This document shows, one piece after another, positions 11,458 to 23,785 of a DNA stretch of 50,102 nt. Under the pieces are notes generated by a model. That model searched no databases. It worked only from the letters and a program-made list of their open reading frames with translations, and had not been told where the DNA came from. Origin of the DNA: Octopus bimaculoides (taxonomy: Eukaryota); contig NC_068981.1 in assembly GCF_001194135.2 (NCBI RefSeq), forward strand, positions 185,017,668-185,067,769, written 5' to 3'. Position 1 is the stretch's first letter; each line of letters begins with the position of its first letter. The translations under genes and the position numbers were made by a program.

Positions 11458-11840
11458 TTGTTGGCACTCCGTCGCTTACGACGTCCAGGGTTCCAGTTGA
11501 TCCGATCAACGGAACAACGTGCTCGTGAAATCAACGTGCAAGTGGCTGAGCCCTCCACAGACACGTGTACCCTTAACGTAGTTCTCGGGGATATTCAGCG
11601 TGACATAGTGTGACAAGGCTGACCCTTTGAATTACAGGCACAACCGAAACAGGAAGTAAGAGTGAGAGAAAGTTGTGGTGAAAGAGTACAGCAGTGTTCG
11701 CAACCATCCCCTGCCGGAGCCTCGTGGAGCTTTAGGTGTTTTCGCTCAATAAACACTCACAACGCCCGGTCTGGGAATCGAAACCGCGATCCTATGCCAG
11801 CGAGTCCGCTGCCCTAACCACTGGGCCATTGCGCATCCAC
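11458..11840 (-). mobile_element. SINE family B, full length
   Basis: ttgttggcactccgtcgcttacgacg...ccactgggccattgcgcatccac. Confidence 0.92.
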
Positions 11841-11982
11841 AATAACAGTTAAATCATTATGGAAACTACTCTATATTCTCTTAAACCGTTAACCGTCAAT
11901 TTAGATATATCTTGACTGGATTAAGAATCCGATATGCTACTACTAGCTGCTAATTAGGACTAATTGGTAAAATGCATATCTA

Positions 11983-12196
11983 GTTTCAAATCAGGGCACT
12001 GGGCCAGCATGTTTTTGAGAGGAGGGGTAAGTCGGTTACACCAACCCCAGTACTTGACTGGTAATTATTTTATCGACCCCGCGTGGATGAAAAGCTAAGT
12101 CGACCTCCGCGTAATTTGAGCTGAGAAACTAAAGACGGACGAAGTGCCGCTAAGCATTTTGTCCGGCGTGCTAACGATTCCGTCAGAGCGCCGCCT
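11983..12196 (-). mobile_element. SINE family C
   Basis: tttatcgaccccgcgtggatgaaaagctaagtcgacc...gctaagcattttgtccggcgtgctaacgattc. Confidence 0.85.
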
Positions 12197-12477
12197 ACTT
12201 GATCAATGCATATATAGAACTAAATAACACGTACAAGTACGACGTGGATCAGTCACTTGGACACAGCTGTTACGGCGTCACTGATTCACCGCTAAACCTT
12301 TTGACATAAGACGTTTTAATGTTTCTCTAATTCTCCCCCGCCTCTTCCCTCTCTGTGTATATATGTGGTAGCATATTTTTTTTATTTATGTGTATGAAGA
12401 AGGGCGAAAGTACTTGTGCCAATCATGTTCAATGAATATATTGTAATGTCTTTCTCGTCCTGTCAAAGACAGACACA

Positions 12478-12627
12478 CAGGAGTGGCTGTGTAGTAAGTA
12501 GCTTGCTTACCAACGATATGGTTCCGGGTTCAGTCCCACTGAGTTGCACCTCGGGCCGACCAAAGCCTTCTGAGTTGATTTGGTACACGGAAACTTAAAG
12601 AAGCCTGTCGTATATATATATATATAA
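12478..12627 (+). mobile_element. SINE family A with 26-nt internal deletion
   Basis: gagtggctgtgtagtaagtagcttgc...cacct|cgggccgaccaaagcc...gaagcctgtcgtatata. Confidence 0.85.
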
Positions 12628-12678
12628 ATCAATCTTGGTGGAATTTGAACTCCAAACGTAAACACAGATGAATTGCCG

Positions 12679-12722
<44 letters not shown>

Positions 12723-13223
12723 NNNNNNNNNNNNNNNNNNNNNNNNNNNNNNNNNNNNNNNNNNNNNNNNNNNNNNNNNNNNNNNNNNNNNNNNNNNNNN
12801 NNNNNNNNNNNNNNNNNNNNNNNNNNNNNNNNNNNNNNNNNNNNNNNNNNNNNNNNNNNNNNNNNNNNNNNNNNNNNNNNNNNNNNNNNNNNNNNNNNNN
12901 NNNNNNNNNNNNNNNNNNNNNNNNNNNNNNNNNNNNNNNNNNNNNNNNNNNNNNNNNNNNNNNNNNNNNNNNNNNNNNNNNNNNNNNNNNNNNNNNNNNN
13001 NNNNNNNNNNNNNNNNNNNNNNNNNNNNNNNNNNNNNNNNNNNNNNNNNNNNNNNNNNNNNNNNNNNNNNNNNNNNNNNNNNNNNNNNNNNNNNNNNNNN
13101 NNNNNNNNNNNNNNNNNNNNNNNNNNNNNNNNNNNNNNNNNNNNNNNNNNNNNNNNNNNNNNNNNNNNNNNAAGAGTGAAAAATATATATATATTTACAT
13201 ATTTACGTAAAAATTCTACGTGG

Positions 13224-13254
<31 letters not shown>

Positions 13255-13256
<2 letters not shown>

Positions 13257-13350
13257 TCTATCTTTTATCCTGTACTTGTTTCAGTCATTAGACTGCGGCC
13301 ATGCTATGGCACTGTCATGAAGAATTTTTAGTCGAATTAATCATCCTGGT
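13255..13350 (-). mobile_element. Repeat E terminal fragment
   Basis: tacttgtttcagtcattagactgcggccatgct...tttagtcga. Confidence 0.65.
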
Positions 13351-13542
13351 ATAAATAGTTACCCTGAAAAAATTCCCCCAGTTTTTTGGAGACGTTATGA
13401 ATAATACTTCATAAACAATTGTTTCACGTGGGGATCCCCAGTTTAAGTTCTTTCTTTCTTCTGTCTGTCTGTTTGTCTACCGTTTCACTTAGCCACAGTA
13501 GTAACAATAACCGTCTGTTATAACACAATACACACGATGTGC

Positions 13543-13759
13543 AAAGTGGCATGCTGGCAGAAACGTTAGCACGCCGGGCGAAATGATTACCGGTATTTCG
13601 TCTGTCTTTATGTTCTGAGTTCAAATCCCGCCTAGATCGACTTTGCCTTTCATCCTTTCGGGGTCGATAAATTAAGTACCAGTTGCGTACTGGGGTCGAT
13701 CTAATCGACTGGCCCCCTCTCCTAAAATTTCGGGCCGTGTGCCTAGAGTAGAAAAGAAC
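13543..13759 (+). mobile_element. SINE family C, young full-length copy (tail C1)
   Basis: A-box-like TGGCAGAAACGTT, B-box-like GAGTTCAAATCCC, core GCCTTTCATCCTTTCGGGGTCGATAAATTAAGTACCAG, tail AAATTTCGGGCCGTGTGCCTAGAGTAGAAAAG. Confidence 0.92.
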
Positions 13760-14345
13760 ATACAAATCGGCAAATGTTAGTATATAGTTGATTACTGAGT
13801 GGAATGTTCCTTCGATTTCTCTTTTTTTTTTTTTTTAAACCGAAGCGATTCATAATTTGACAAAGTGATCAAGGGAAGATTCCTAGTCCATTGAAATTCC
13901 TCTGTTTAAATTTCTGGGGCTTTTAAGTGGATGCTTGAGCCACAAGCACTTAATTTTCTAAACGGTTGACCACTCCGCGCACCGCAGATGGACCAAGTCT
14001 GCTGAAATTTGTTGCGTATTCTCTAAACTGTTAATTATGACGGAGCTGGATTTCGGCATTCTTCTGTCCATTCCTGTCTAACCATTTCTACATTCCGTTT
14101 TCCACTACTGCTTGATGATTCACTTCCGTTTATCGGTGGTCAAATTTCCAGCCATATAATAAATATCTAAAATTAAGAATAATTGTTTTATTATAGAAGA
14201 AAATAGTGAAAATTATAGAATTCTTATGCTGAAAGACAAATAGAGAAATGGAAAGAACATTACCCCTCATTAGTTAGCACATAGTCAGCAACTGTATACC
14301 TACTTTTGCCCACCCCTGTACTTATATTCAGTGACGTCTTTTCAT

Positions 14346-14782
14346 GGCGGCAAGATGGCAAATTCGTCAGCAAGCTGGGCAAAATGCTACGCAGCGTTTT
14401 GTCCATCCTTACGTTTTGAGTTCAAATTCCGCCAAGTCGACTTTGCTTTTTATTATATCGGAGTCGATGAAATAAGTACCAGTTACGCACTGGTGTTGAT
14501 ATAATCAACTAGCTCCAACTCGAAAATTTCAGGCCTTATGCCTATAGTTGAAATGATTATTAGTAAAAGTTAGCAGAATCGTTAGCATTCTGGGCAAAAA
14601 TGCTTAGCTGCATTTCGTCCGACTTTACCTTCTGGGTTCGAATTCCGCCGAGGTCGACTTTGACCGTTTCTCCTTCGGTGTCAATAAAACAAATACCAGC
14701 TGAGCTCTGGTGTCGATGTAAACGATTTAGCCCCTCACTCAAAATGTGCTGGCCTTGTGTCAAAAATTTTAAGCCAATATTA
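14346..14782 (+). mobile_element. Two head-to-tail SINE family C copies
   Basis: Heads lie at about 14346 and 14562. Each is followed by gttcaaattccgcc or gttcgaattccgcc, gtcgacttt and a ggccttatg or ggccttgtg tail. Confidence 0.8.
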
Positions 14783-14897
14783 ATAAAGGCCGATGGCGAA
14801 AAGATGTGAATTGTTAAACGTTTTCTACTCTGGACACCTACATAAAACACAGGGCAAAAGCAGAGCTAAATTCTTAACTTATAAGTATTGAATCTTA

Positions 14898-14933
<36 letters not shown>

Positions 14934-15668
14934 NNNNNNNNNNNNNNNNNNNNNNNNNNNNNNNNNNNNNNNNNNNNNNNNNNNNNNNNNNNNNNNNNNN
15001 NNNNNNNNNNNNNNNNNNNNNNNNNNNNNNNNNNNNNNNNNNNNNNNNNNNNNNNNNNNNNNNNNNNNNNNNNNNNNNNNNNNNNNNNNNNNNNNNNNNN
15101 NNNNNNNNNNNNNNNNNNNNNNNNNNNNNNNNNNNNNNNNNNNNNNNNNNNNNNNNNNNNNNNNNNNNNNNNNNNNNNNNNNNNNNNNNNNNNNNNNNNN
15201 NNNNNNNNNNNNNNNNNNNNNNNNNNNNNNNNNNNNNNNNNNNNNNNNNNNNNNNNNNNNNNNNNNNNNNNNNNNNNNNNNNNNNNNNNNNNNNNNNNNN
15301 NNNNNNNNNNNNNNNNNNNNNNNNNNNNNNNNNNNNNNNNNNNNNNNNNNNNNNNNNNNNNNNNNNNNNNNNNNNNNNNNNNNNNNNNNNNNNNNNNNNN
15401 NNNNNNNNNNNNNNNNNNNNNNNNNNNNNNNNNNNNNNNNNNNNNNNNNNNNNNNNNNNNNNNNNNNNNNNNNNNNNNNNNNNNNNNNNNNNNNNNNNNN
15501 NNNNNNNNNNNNNNNNNNNNNNNNNNNNNNNNNNNNNNNNNNNNNNNNNNNNNNNNNNNNNNNNNNNNNNNGAGTCACATTTTATAAAAATGTCTTTGGA
15601 CAAAAAAATTTACTGAATATAAATATTTGTCCATGTTTTAACCGAAGATGTGTAGCAGTGATAGGGAA

Positions 15669-15712
<44 letters not shown>

Positions 15713-15764
15713 TGCACACATCATATAGTGATGATGATGATGATGATGGTGATGATCTTTTATA

Positions 15765-15993
15765 CTATAGGCACGAGGTCTGAAATTTAGTGGAAGGGCC
15801 CAGTCGAGTAGATCGACCCCAGTCGAGTAGATCGACCCCAGTACACAACTGGTAATTAATTTATCGACCCCGAGAGGATGAAGGGCAGCAAAGTCGGCTT
15901 CGGCAGAATTTGAACTCAGAACGTAGCTGCAGACGAAATACCGCTAAGCATTTCACCTGGCGTGCTGACAATTCTGCCAGCTTCGCCGCCTTC
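15765..15993 (-). mobile_element. SINE family C with a short internal tandem duplication
   Basis: Family C on the minus strand; ccagtcgagtagatcgacc is repeated twice at about 15800-15840. Confidence 0.85.
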
Positions 15994-16225
15994 AATGATG
16001 ATGATGATAATGATGACAGTTCTTCGTTTCCGAAGATCATGAGGAAGATCGTTTAGCCCTAAGGTGTCTGTGTAAACTGATTCTTGAATAACAGGGTCTG
16101 GCACACTTGGGGCAGATATGTAGGTTGTTGTCATATGAAGGTAGTGGCAATGACTCTTTAACTCTTTGGCGTTTCGAGTCTGCTGCAGTTTGTCCCACCG
16201 CAAGGCTACTTGCAGTGATGTGAAC
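15994..16225 (-). mobile_element. RTE-type LINE 3' end
   Basis: The minus strand encodes ICPKCARPCYSRISLHRHLRAKRSSS-stop, a C-terminal zinc-finger-like motif typical of RTE ORFs. A short UTR (tcttcggaaacgaagaactg) and an (ATC)n tail follow. Confidence 0.75.
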
Positions 16226-16263
16226 ACACAGAGACATATACATATACATATACATATATATAT

Positions 16264-16327
<64 letters not shown>

Positions 16328-16394
16328 ACAAACACAGACACACAAACATATACATGTATATATATGTATATATATATATACACATACATGTATA

Positions 16395-16504
16395 TGTTTG
16401 TGTATCTGTGATTGTCAAACCGTCGCTTGTCAACCGATGTTGGTGTATTTAAGTCCCCGTAACCTAGCGGTTCGGCAAAAGAGACTGATGGAACAAAGAA
16501 TAAG

Positions 16505-16505
<1 letters not shown>
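16395..16505 (+). mobile_element. Repeat E fragment
   Basis: cgcttgtcaaccgatgttggtgtatttaagtccccgtaacctagcggttcggcaaaagagac. Confidence 0.75.
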
Positions 16506-16535
<30 letters not shown>

Positions 16536-16619
16536 ATGTAGTCCTCTTCAACCAGTTTTATCATAATTTCACCAAAATAGACTGGTTAGGTTTCAAGTCT
16601 CAACCTTCACTGCATATCA

Positions 16620-17020
16620 TAGTACTTCACTATATAGGTGCTTTGCTGTGGTATTTATGGATTGAAGCATATAATGGAATTTCTTCATGAAGTTGTCACA
16701 TGAAACAATTCTTTCAGGAAGGAACGAATTTGGAATTGGAAACCAGCGAATCGTTTGTGAAATTTCCTACGCCATTCCTCTTTACAGCAGCGAAATGTGG
16801 CGCCCTTTGGCCTCGGAATAGAAATGGGTGGATTCCATAGTGGACAGCTAAATATGTTGGACATAAACATCATGGTATTAGGTGTTAGTTAAGTGGCAGA
16901 ATCGCTGGACTTAAAGGGAGTTATTATACATTACTCTACTGATTGAGATATCTACACTGTTAGTGATAGGAACACCAACTGATTTTAACAGATCAACTCA
17001 GACGCGCCATATTCATGAAA
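16620..17020 (+). mobile_element. Highly decayed RTE-like LINE fragment (post-RT region)
   Basis: Frameshifted peptides LHYIGA, FMKLS..ILSGRN, AIPLYSSEMW and KWQNRWT resemble RTE FKYLGS, AF.KL..IL, LLYGSETW and W.D..TN. Confidence 0.4.
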
Positions 17021-17169
17021 GCAATAACAATATTCAAATTTATGCAAACGACATTAGCTGGTGTCCCTGTGTTATTTATTTTCCTGTGTCTCTATATCAG
17101 TCATTATAAGAAGCATGTACAATAACGTACAGTTTCATCTATGACAACTACACCAAACGCAGACATATA

Positions 17170-17227
17170 TATGCTTTGCTGATGAGGTCTTAATAACAGT
17201 GAAACACACTGAAGGTGGTCTGTGATG
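17170..17227 (+). ncRNA. Degenerate hammerhead-like motif (weak candidate)
   Basis: CTGATGA (17179), GAAAC (17201) and GTC (17218) occur in type I order, but the helices pair poorly. Confidence 0.2.
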
Positions 17228-18618
17228 TACTTGGCTAAATTATTCAAATAATATCAAATAAAATTCGAACCATCGACTATTACGTTTCCCTTATCATCAC
17301 AGTATTAATATTTCTATGTTTTTAATATGTTTTATCTTTAATATGTTAACGTACTGAATTCACTACTGGCTGTAAGATTTGAACTCTAGAGAGAAGCGGA
17401 GATCGTCATTGCTTCGTAATACCTAATGCTTTCATCTTCATCTGATCAGCTACTTTAATTTTCTGCTTAACTCGATGAGATTTATTGCTTTTCAAGTAAC
17501 AATTTTATTACTTATGCCGCAATACTCATAGCTTATCATAGAAGGATCTACTATTTATTATAGGAATTGAGGGAAAAAAAACTTCTGTAGAGGTAAAGTA
17601 AAAAAAAAGCTCAGACGAAAAAGCACTGATTTCTTATTTTTGTTTATTTTGCCAAAGACGCAAAAATCTGGTAAGAAATATTTTGGTTAGAAGTAAGTAA
17701 TTTCTTGGTTTCTGTTTTTGAATTTTCTTCTTTTGATCTGACTAATGACTGATCAAGAGAAATAATGAAATATATCATTTGATACGACTTTATTCGGTAT
17801 ATAATGACGACGATCAATTAATACAAACAGATATCACTAAGTACAAAGCAATACGACTGTTTTCTGTGTAATTCTACTCTACTAACCAGGTGACCAATAT
17901 TTTACTGACTGAAGAAAGAAAGGCCTGTATAGTCTATAAAAAAAAAGTTATAAGCTGGAAAGCTTTCATCTATGATAGGGTTGATGACTAAAGGATATAG
18001 ACATCATTAAAACAAATCTAGAGAGTTAAAACAACCGAGTAAATAATGTAGTGAATCACTAGTGTATGAGGTGAAGTGAGATCAAATCCGCCGTAAGTGT
18101 ATCTCTTACTTAATGGCTTAATCAACAAAGGTATGGCAGCCATTACGACCGTTTCGTTTTTAGGGCTTTTGAGACTAATGAGAAAAAAGGAGGTTAACAT
18201 TAAACTGGGCATTTAATACTTGCAACAGAGTGAGATCTATGGACACATAAATACAGAAAATGATGGCAGAATAACACTTCCACACAAAAGAAGAATGATG
18301 TCCTCGATGAAATTCCACATATCTTCCATTTGTTACGATATTTTGAAAATATGTAATATGAGTCCCATATAATTTTGTGCATATACACTCAAAACAATGA
18401 AGTCCTTCAATTATATTAGTCAATATTTTGTCGGAGAAGATTTGTTGTTTAGTTTAGGAGCAAATCAACTCCAATTCAACTGATTCATACATTACAGACG
18501 TCTCCATATTGATTTCTAGGTGTATCTAAGGCTGAATTATGTGTTTCAAGACGGTTGAGTTTCAGGCTAAAGGACATCTTGCTGCTATTTTTTAGCAATT
18601 CGAGGCTTTCTTTGGTTG

Positions 18619-18838
18619 TACGAGTAGGTGATGAAAAGTTTCTGGTTTTGGGTAAAAGAAAATGCAGGAGGATCAGTTAACTACGACTTTATTCAAACTA
18701 TTCCCCTCTCATATTCACACACTTATTGCAGCGGTCCTTCAGTTTTTCTAAGTTCTGTAAAAGAACTCAGACGTTTGTGCCTCCAACCAGGCCTTTCGCT
18801 ACACCCTTAAAGCCAGGAACTTTTGAGCACCTCGCTTA
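18619..18838 (-). mobile_element. Mariner-derived MITE (about 220 bp)
   Basis: Imperfect TIRs tacgagtaggtgatgaaaagtttctggttt and aaagccaggaacttttgagcacctcgctta with TA at both ends. The minus-strand interior reads EKLKDRCNKCVNMRGE*FE*, a mariner C-terminus. Confidence 0.75.
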
Positions 18839-18857
18839 GAGCTTGGAATAGGTCATT

Positions 18858-18984
18858 CTGAATCTCCCTGAAAACTACGTTAAGAGTACGCATGTCTGTG
18901 GAATGCTCAACCACTTGCCATTAACTTCACTGTTCCCTTGATCGAATCGACTGGAACACTCTTCGTCGTAACCGACGGAGTGCC
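18858..18984 (+). mobile_element. SINE family B, 3' fragment
   Basis: aactacgttaagagtac...cgtcgtaaccgacggagtgcca. Confidence 0.8.
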
Positions 18985-19117
18985 AGGTTTTTCTTTCTTA
19001 ATTTCTGAGTTGTACCTTTTATATGTAGTTAAGTGGACTGAGATTTCTCCGTATTCCATCAGAGACATTACTCCTTCGACAGACTATGACCCCTTCACTT
19101 TTTGTGTAACTCTTTGG

Positions 19118-19346
19118 TCTTTTACTTGTTTCAGTTATTAGGTCTTCGGTCAAGCTGGAGCACTGCCTTGGAGGGTTTTAGTCGATCTCAGTTCTTATTA
19201 TTAGTTATATAGTTTGGTACTTGTTCTGCTTGACTCTTTTGCTGAACTGGTAAGTAACCGGAGTGTAAACAAACCTACACCAGTTGTTAAACAGTGAGTT
19301 CTTAAGCAATTAAGCACCAGTTGTTAAGCACGTGCCTGCTCACACA

Positions 19347-19406
<60 letters not shown>
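19118..19406 (-). mobile_element. Repeat E followed by (CA)n and a gap
   Basis: tcttttacttgtttcagttatt...gctggagcactgccttg...ttttgctgaactggtaagtaacc. Confidence 0.6.
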
Positions 19407-20403
19407 NNNNNNNNNNNNNNNNNNNNNNNNNNNNNNNNNNNNNNNNNNNNNNNNNNNNNNNNNNNNNNNNNNNNNNNNNNNNNNNNNNNNNNNNNNNNNN
19501 NNNNNNNNNNNNNNNNNNNNNNNNNNNNNNNNNNNNNNNNNNNNNNNNNNNNNNNNNNNNNNNNNNNNNNNNNNNNNNNNNNNNNNNNNNNNNNNNNNNN
19601 NNNNNNNNNNNNNNNNNNNNNNNNNNNNNNNNNNNNNNNNNNNNNNNNNNNNNNNNNNNNNNNNNNNNNNNNNNNNNNNNNNNNNNNNNNNNNNNNNNNN
19701 NNNNNNNNNNNNNNNNNNNNNNNNNNNNNNNNNNNNNNNNNNNNNNNNNNNNNNNNNNNNNNNNNNNNNNNNNNNNNNNNNNNNNNNNNNNNNNNNNNNN
19801 NNNNNNNNNNNNNNNNNNNNNNNNNNNNNNNNNNNNNNNNNNNNNNNNNNNNNNNNNNNNNNNNNNNNNNNNNNNNNNNNNNNNNNNNNNNNNNNNNNNN
19901 NNNNNNNNNNNNNNNNNNNNNNNNNNNNNNNNNNNNNNNNNNNNNNNNNNNNNNNNNNNNNNNNNNNNNNNNNNNNNNNNNNNNNNNNNNNNNNNNNNNN
20001 NNNNNNNNNNNNNNNNNNNNNNNNNNNNNNNNNNNNNNNNNNNNNNNNNNNNNNNNNNNNNNNNNNNNNNNNNNNNNNNNNNNNNNNNNNNNNNNNNNNN
20101 NNNNNNNNNNNNNNNNNNNNNNNNNNNNNNNNNNNNNNNNNNNNNNNNNNNNNNNNNNNNNNNNNNNNNNNNNNNNNNNNNNNNNNNNNNNNNNNNNNNN
20201 NNNNNNNNNNNNNNNNNNNNNNNNNNNNNNNNNNNNNNNNNNNNNNNNNNNNNNNNNNNNNNNNNNNNNNNNNNNNNNNNNNNNNNNNNNNNNNNNNNNN
20301 NNNNNNNNNNNNNNNNNNNNNNNNNNNNNNNNNNNNNNNNNNNNNNNNNNNNNNNNNNNNNNNNNNNNNNNNNNNNNNNNNNNNNNNNNNNNNNNNNNNN
20401 NNN

Positions 20404-20600
20404 AAGGCGGCGAGCTGGCAGAAACGTTAGCACGTCGGGCGAAATGCTTAGCGGTATTTCGTCTGCCGCTACGTTCTGAGTTCAAATTCCGCGGAGGTCG
20501 ACTTTGCCTTTCATCCTTTCGGGGTCGATTAAATAAGTACCGTTTGTCTGTCCTTGTTTGTCCCCTCTGTGTGTAGCCCCTTGTGGGTAGTAAAGAAATA
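20404..20600 (+). mobile_element. SINE family C, tail variant C2
   Basis: aaggcggcgagctggcagaaacgttagc...gagttcaaattcc...gtttgtctgtccttgtttgtcccctctgtgtgtagccccttgtgggtagtaaagaaata. Confidence 0.92.
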
Positions 20601-21599
20601 ACACACATATATATAGCCTAATGGCTCATCCAGATATTTATATGCAACACACTTTATATCTTTATATACGTTTCAGCTAACAACTGAATCTGAACAGCCA
20701 TCTTCTCTTTTGAATTTCAATCTCGAGTCTGTTTTGTCGCGTATGTCTGGCTTTCATTCATACTGAGTAGAAGACCGATGACAGCCAAGGGCTCTTCCTT
20801 TCTTTTGTTACATTGCTTCAGAAAGAACTATAATCCACAAGAAATCAAAAAGACAATTTCAAAATAAGAAAGGGATCTAAAGATGTCTTCCTTTGTTTGT
20901 ATTCTATAAATGCTATTTGTAGAAATTTTCTTTCAACGGATTTCTTTCTTCACCTTACATTTCGTACTATTCTACGTTCTTTGTTATTCAATTTTACCCA
21001 CTAGCCATTATTGATCGTCATTGTTATACACATCTTTAACATTAGCTTTTTACTATCACTTAATACAATACAAAGTAATATTGACGGAAACATTGCTTTT
21101 CTTGCTGGCAATACGTTATTCTTTGTATTTTCGATCAACGTTCAAACACCATGGCCTAAATCTTTGATTTGTTTTAAAAAAAATCACACGCTATTTTCTC
21201 TTTAAATATTTTACAAACCAACCTATTAACTTGTTATTCGATTTTGCTAATTTGTTTTCTCTATCTGGACCGCTGTCTCCTCACAGCATGATCTACGTAC
21301 TGAGTATATATTGTCAATACTATGCCCTATATTCTGCTCTTTCTGTTAAAGATGTAGCATTTATTTTATCGAAAACCAGAAGCCTGAAACTAAACACTAC
21401 TCCCAGCGTGATTTGAACTTAGAACATAAGGAAACGCCATAAGGCATTAGTTCTGTTGTGTACTGTATATTTTGTTCTTCCAATAATCACGTGACCAACC
21501 ATACCTCGCTGGTAATAATGTGCTTTGTATCGTTTTAGCTTTCGAATGATGCCACCGTTCTGGTTAGGCGAGCAGACCAACGTTTCCCCTGATTGGAAG

Positions 21600-21768
21600 A
21601 CATTAGACTACAGCCATGCTGGGGCACTGTCTCGAAATTCTTTATTTTTTCTTCAATCCCGGTACTTATACTATCGGTATTTTTTATCGAACCACTAAGT
21701 CACAGGGTCGCAAACACACCAACAAGAGGTGATGGAAGACAAACATAGACACAATTAACACACACACA

Positions 21769-21800
<32 letters not shown>

Positions 21801-21880
21801 TACACGCACACGGAAACATATATATGAAAGGCTTCTACACAGTTTCCATCTAGTAAATTCAGCCACGAAGGATGGGTCAA
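21600..21880 (-). mobile_element. Composite of repeat E, (CA)n/(CG)n tract and SINE A 3' end
   Basis: cattagactacagccatgctggggcac... is repeat E, followed by the microsatellite and ggcttctacacagtttccatctagtaaattc, the reverse complement of the family A end. Confidence 0.6.
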
Positions 21881-22199
21881 TACGGGGCGTATTTTCTTTC
21901 CAACTCCTCCCTTCGGAGCACGAATTCCTCGTAGATTGGTATGCAAGTTAAAGAACACAAATCTGGAACGATACCAGTGGCATACGAAGGATTTTTCTTT
22001 TTCTTTTGTGATATCATCTCGTCAAGTCAGGCATTAACTTTGAGAAAGTTGTTATCATTAGAAACATTTAAATGGCCGTTCCAAGCGAAGGCAATAGTTA
22101 TGACATTAACAACATTGTATATTGTATACTCCATGAATATTGACACAGGTGCAAGCAAAAAAGAACCAATATAACATCTACTTTGAAATTGAGAGATCA

Positions 22200-22770
<571 letters not shown>

Positions 22771-23013
22771 TACTGCTGAAATCCTTATTGCTCATACATT
22801 AATCGATCTCTTTGTTTTCTTCTTATCTTCCCTTCACCCTTCTAACCTGTCATTTCATTCATCGCCCCTTCATCCTCATCATCATCGATTTGTCTTCTAT
22901 TCTCTTTTGTCTTTTTCGTATCTGCCTGCAAGTAATTTTTAGTGGATAATAAAATGAAATTCATCGTAAAACAACGGGAAAATATACAGAAGAAATTGGG
23001 AAGGCTGTTTTTT

Positions 23014-23167
23014 TATGTTCTGAGTTTAAATTCCACAGAGGTCCACTTTGCCTTTCATAATTTTGGGGTCAATAAAATAAGTACAATCAGAGCACTGGGA
23101 GCCGATGTCATCGACTTAACCCTTACCTTGAAATTGTTGTCCTTGTGCCAAAATTTGAAGCTGATAT
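23014..23167 (+). mobile_element. SINE family C, head-less copy
   Basis: tatgttctgagtttaaattcc...ctttgcctttcataattttggggtcaataaaataagtac...ccttgtgccaaaatttgaa. Confidence 0.75.
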
Positions 23168-23183
23168 CGAGGATATAAGCTTT

Positions 23184-23785
23184 ATCGATTACATCGACTT
23201 CAATACTTGACGGGTACCTTATTTTACCGACTTCAAAACGATGAAAGGCAAAGTTGACCTCTGCGGATAGAGTTCATAAGGTACTGTGTCGGAAGGAATA
23301 CTGTATGATCGCGATTTTGACAATCCACAATCATCAGAAGGAAGATATGAACTATAAAAAGGATTATCGATTGAGGTACCAAGAGAAGCAGTCTTGAGGG
23401 AAGGAGTCTGGTCGATAAGATCGACGCTGGTACTTGATGGTGTTTCGTCTTATCGACAACGAAACGAGGAAAAGCAAATTTGACCTCGTGGAGACTTGAA
23501 TGCAGAGGCAAAAAGTGAAGAAATACCACAAGGTTCGACGCCCTAACGAATCTGCACTCTAACAATGTTGCACTCTAACAAAGATAATGGCTTCTAACAT
23601 AGTTACAAGACCTGAGGTTAGGGAATAATCGATTATATTACCCCTAGTATTTGAGTGGCGCACTACTTTATCTTCCTCGGAAGGATAAAAGGCAAACTTG
23701 ACCAAAGTGAGATTTGAACTCAGAATGTAAAGAACAGGTATAAAGGTCATAAATTATTTTATCCAATGTTCTAATGATTCTGCCA
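23184..23785 (-). mobile_element. Run of about three old SINE family C copies
   Basis: Repeated gatgaaaggcaaagttgacc, gcaaatttgacctc and ggcaaacttgacc...atttgaactcagaa at about 23240, 23475 and 23690. Confidence 0.6.

Noticed and set aside
13880-14170. Unique-looking, more GC-rich stretch behind a minus-strand acceptor
   Set aside because: All three frames stop within 16 codons. It could be UTR or regulatory DNA, but this is unsupported.
18109-18173. Possible 65-nt minus-strand exon (ttctcattAG...GTAAGA; LKSPKNETVVMAAIPLLIKPL)
   Set aside because: The splice signals are plausible, but there is no recognisable protein similarity or partner exon. RNA-seq would be needed.
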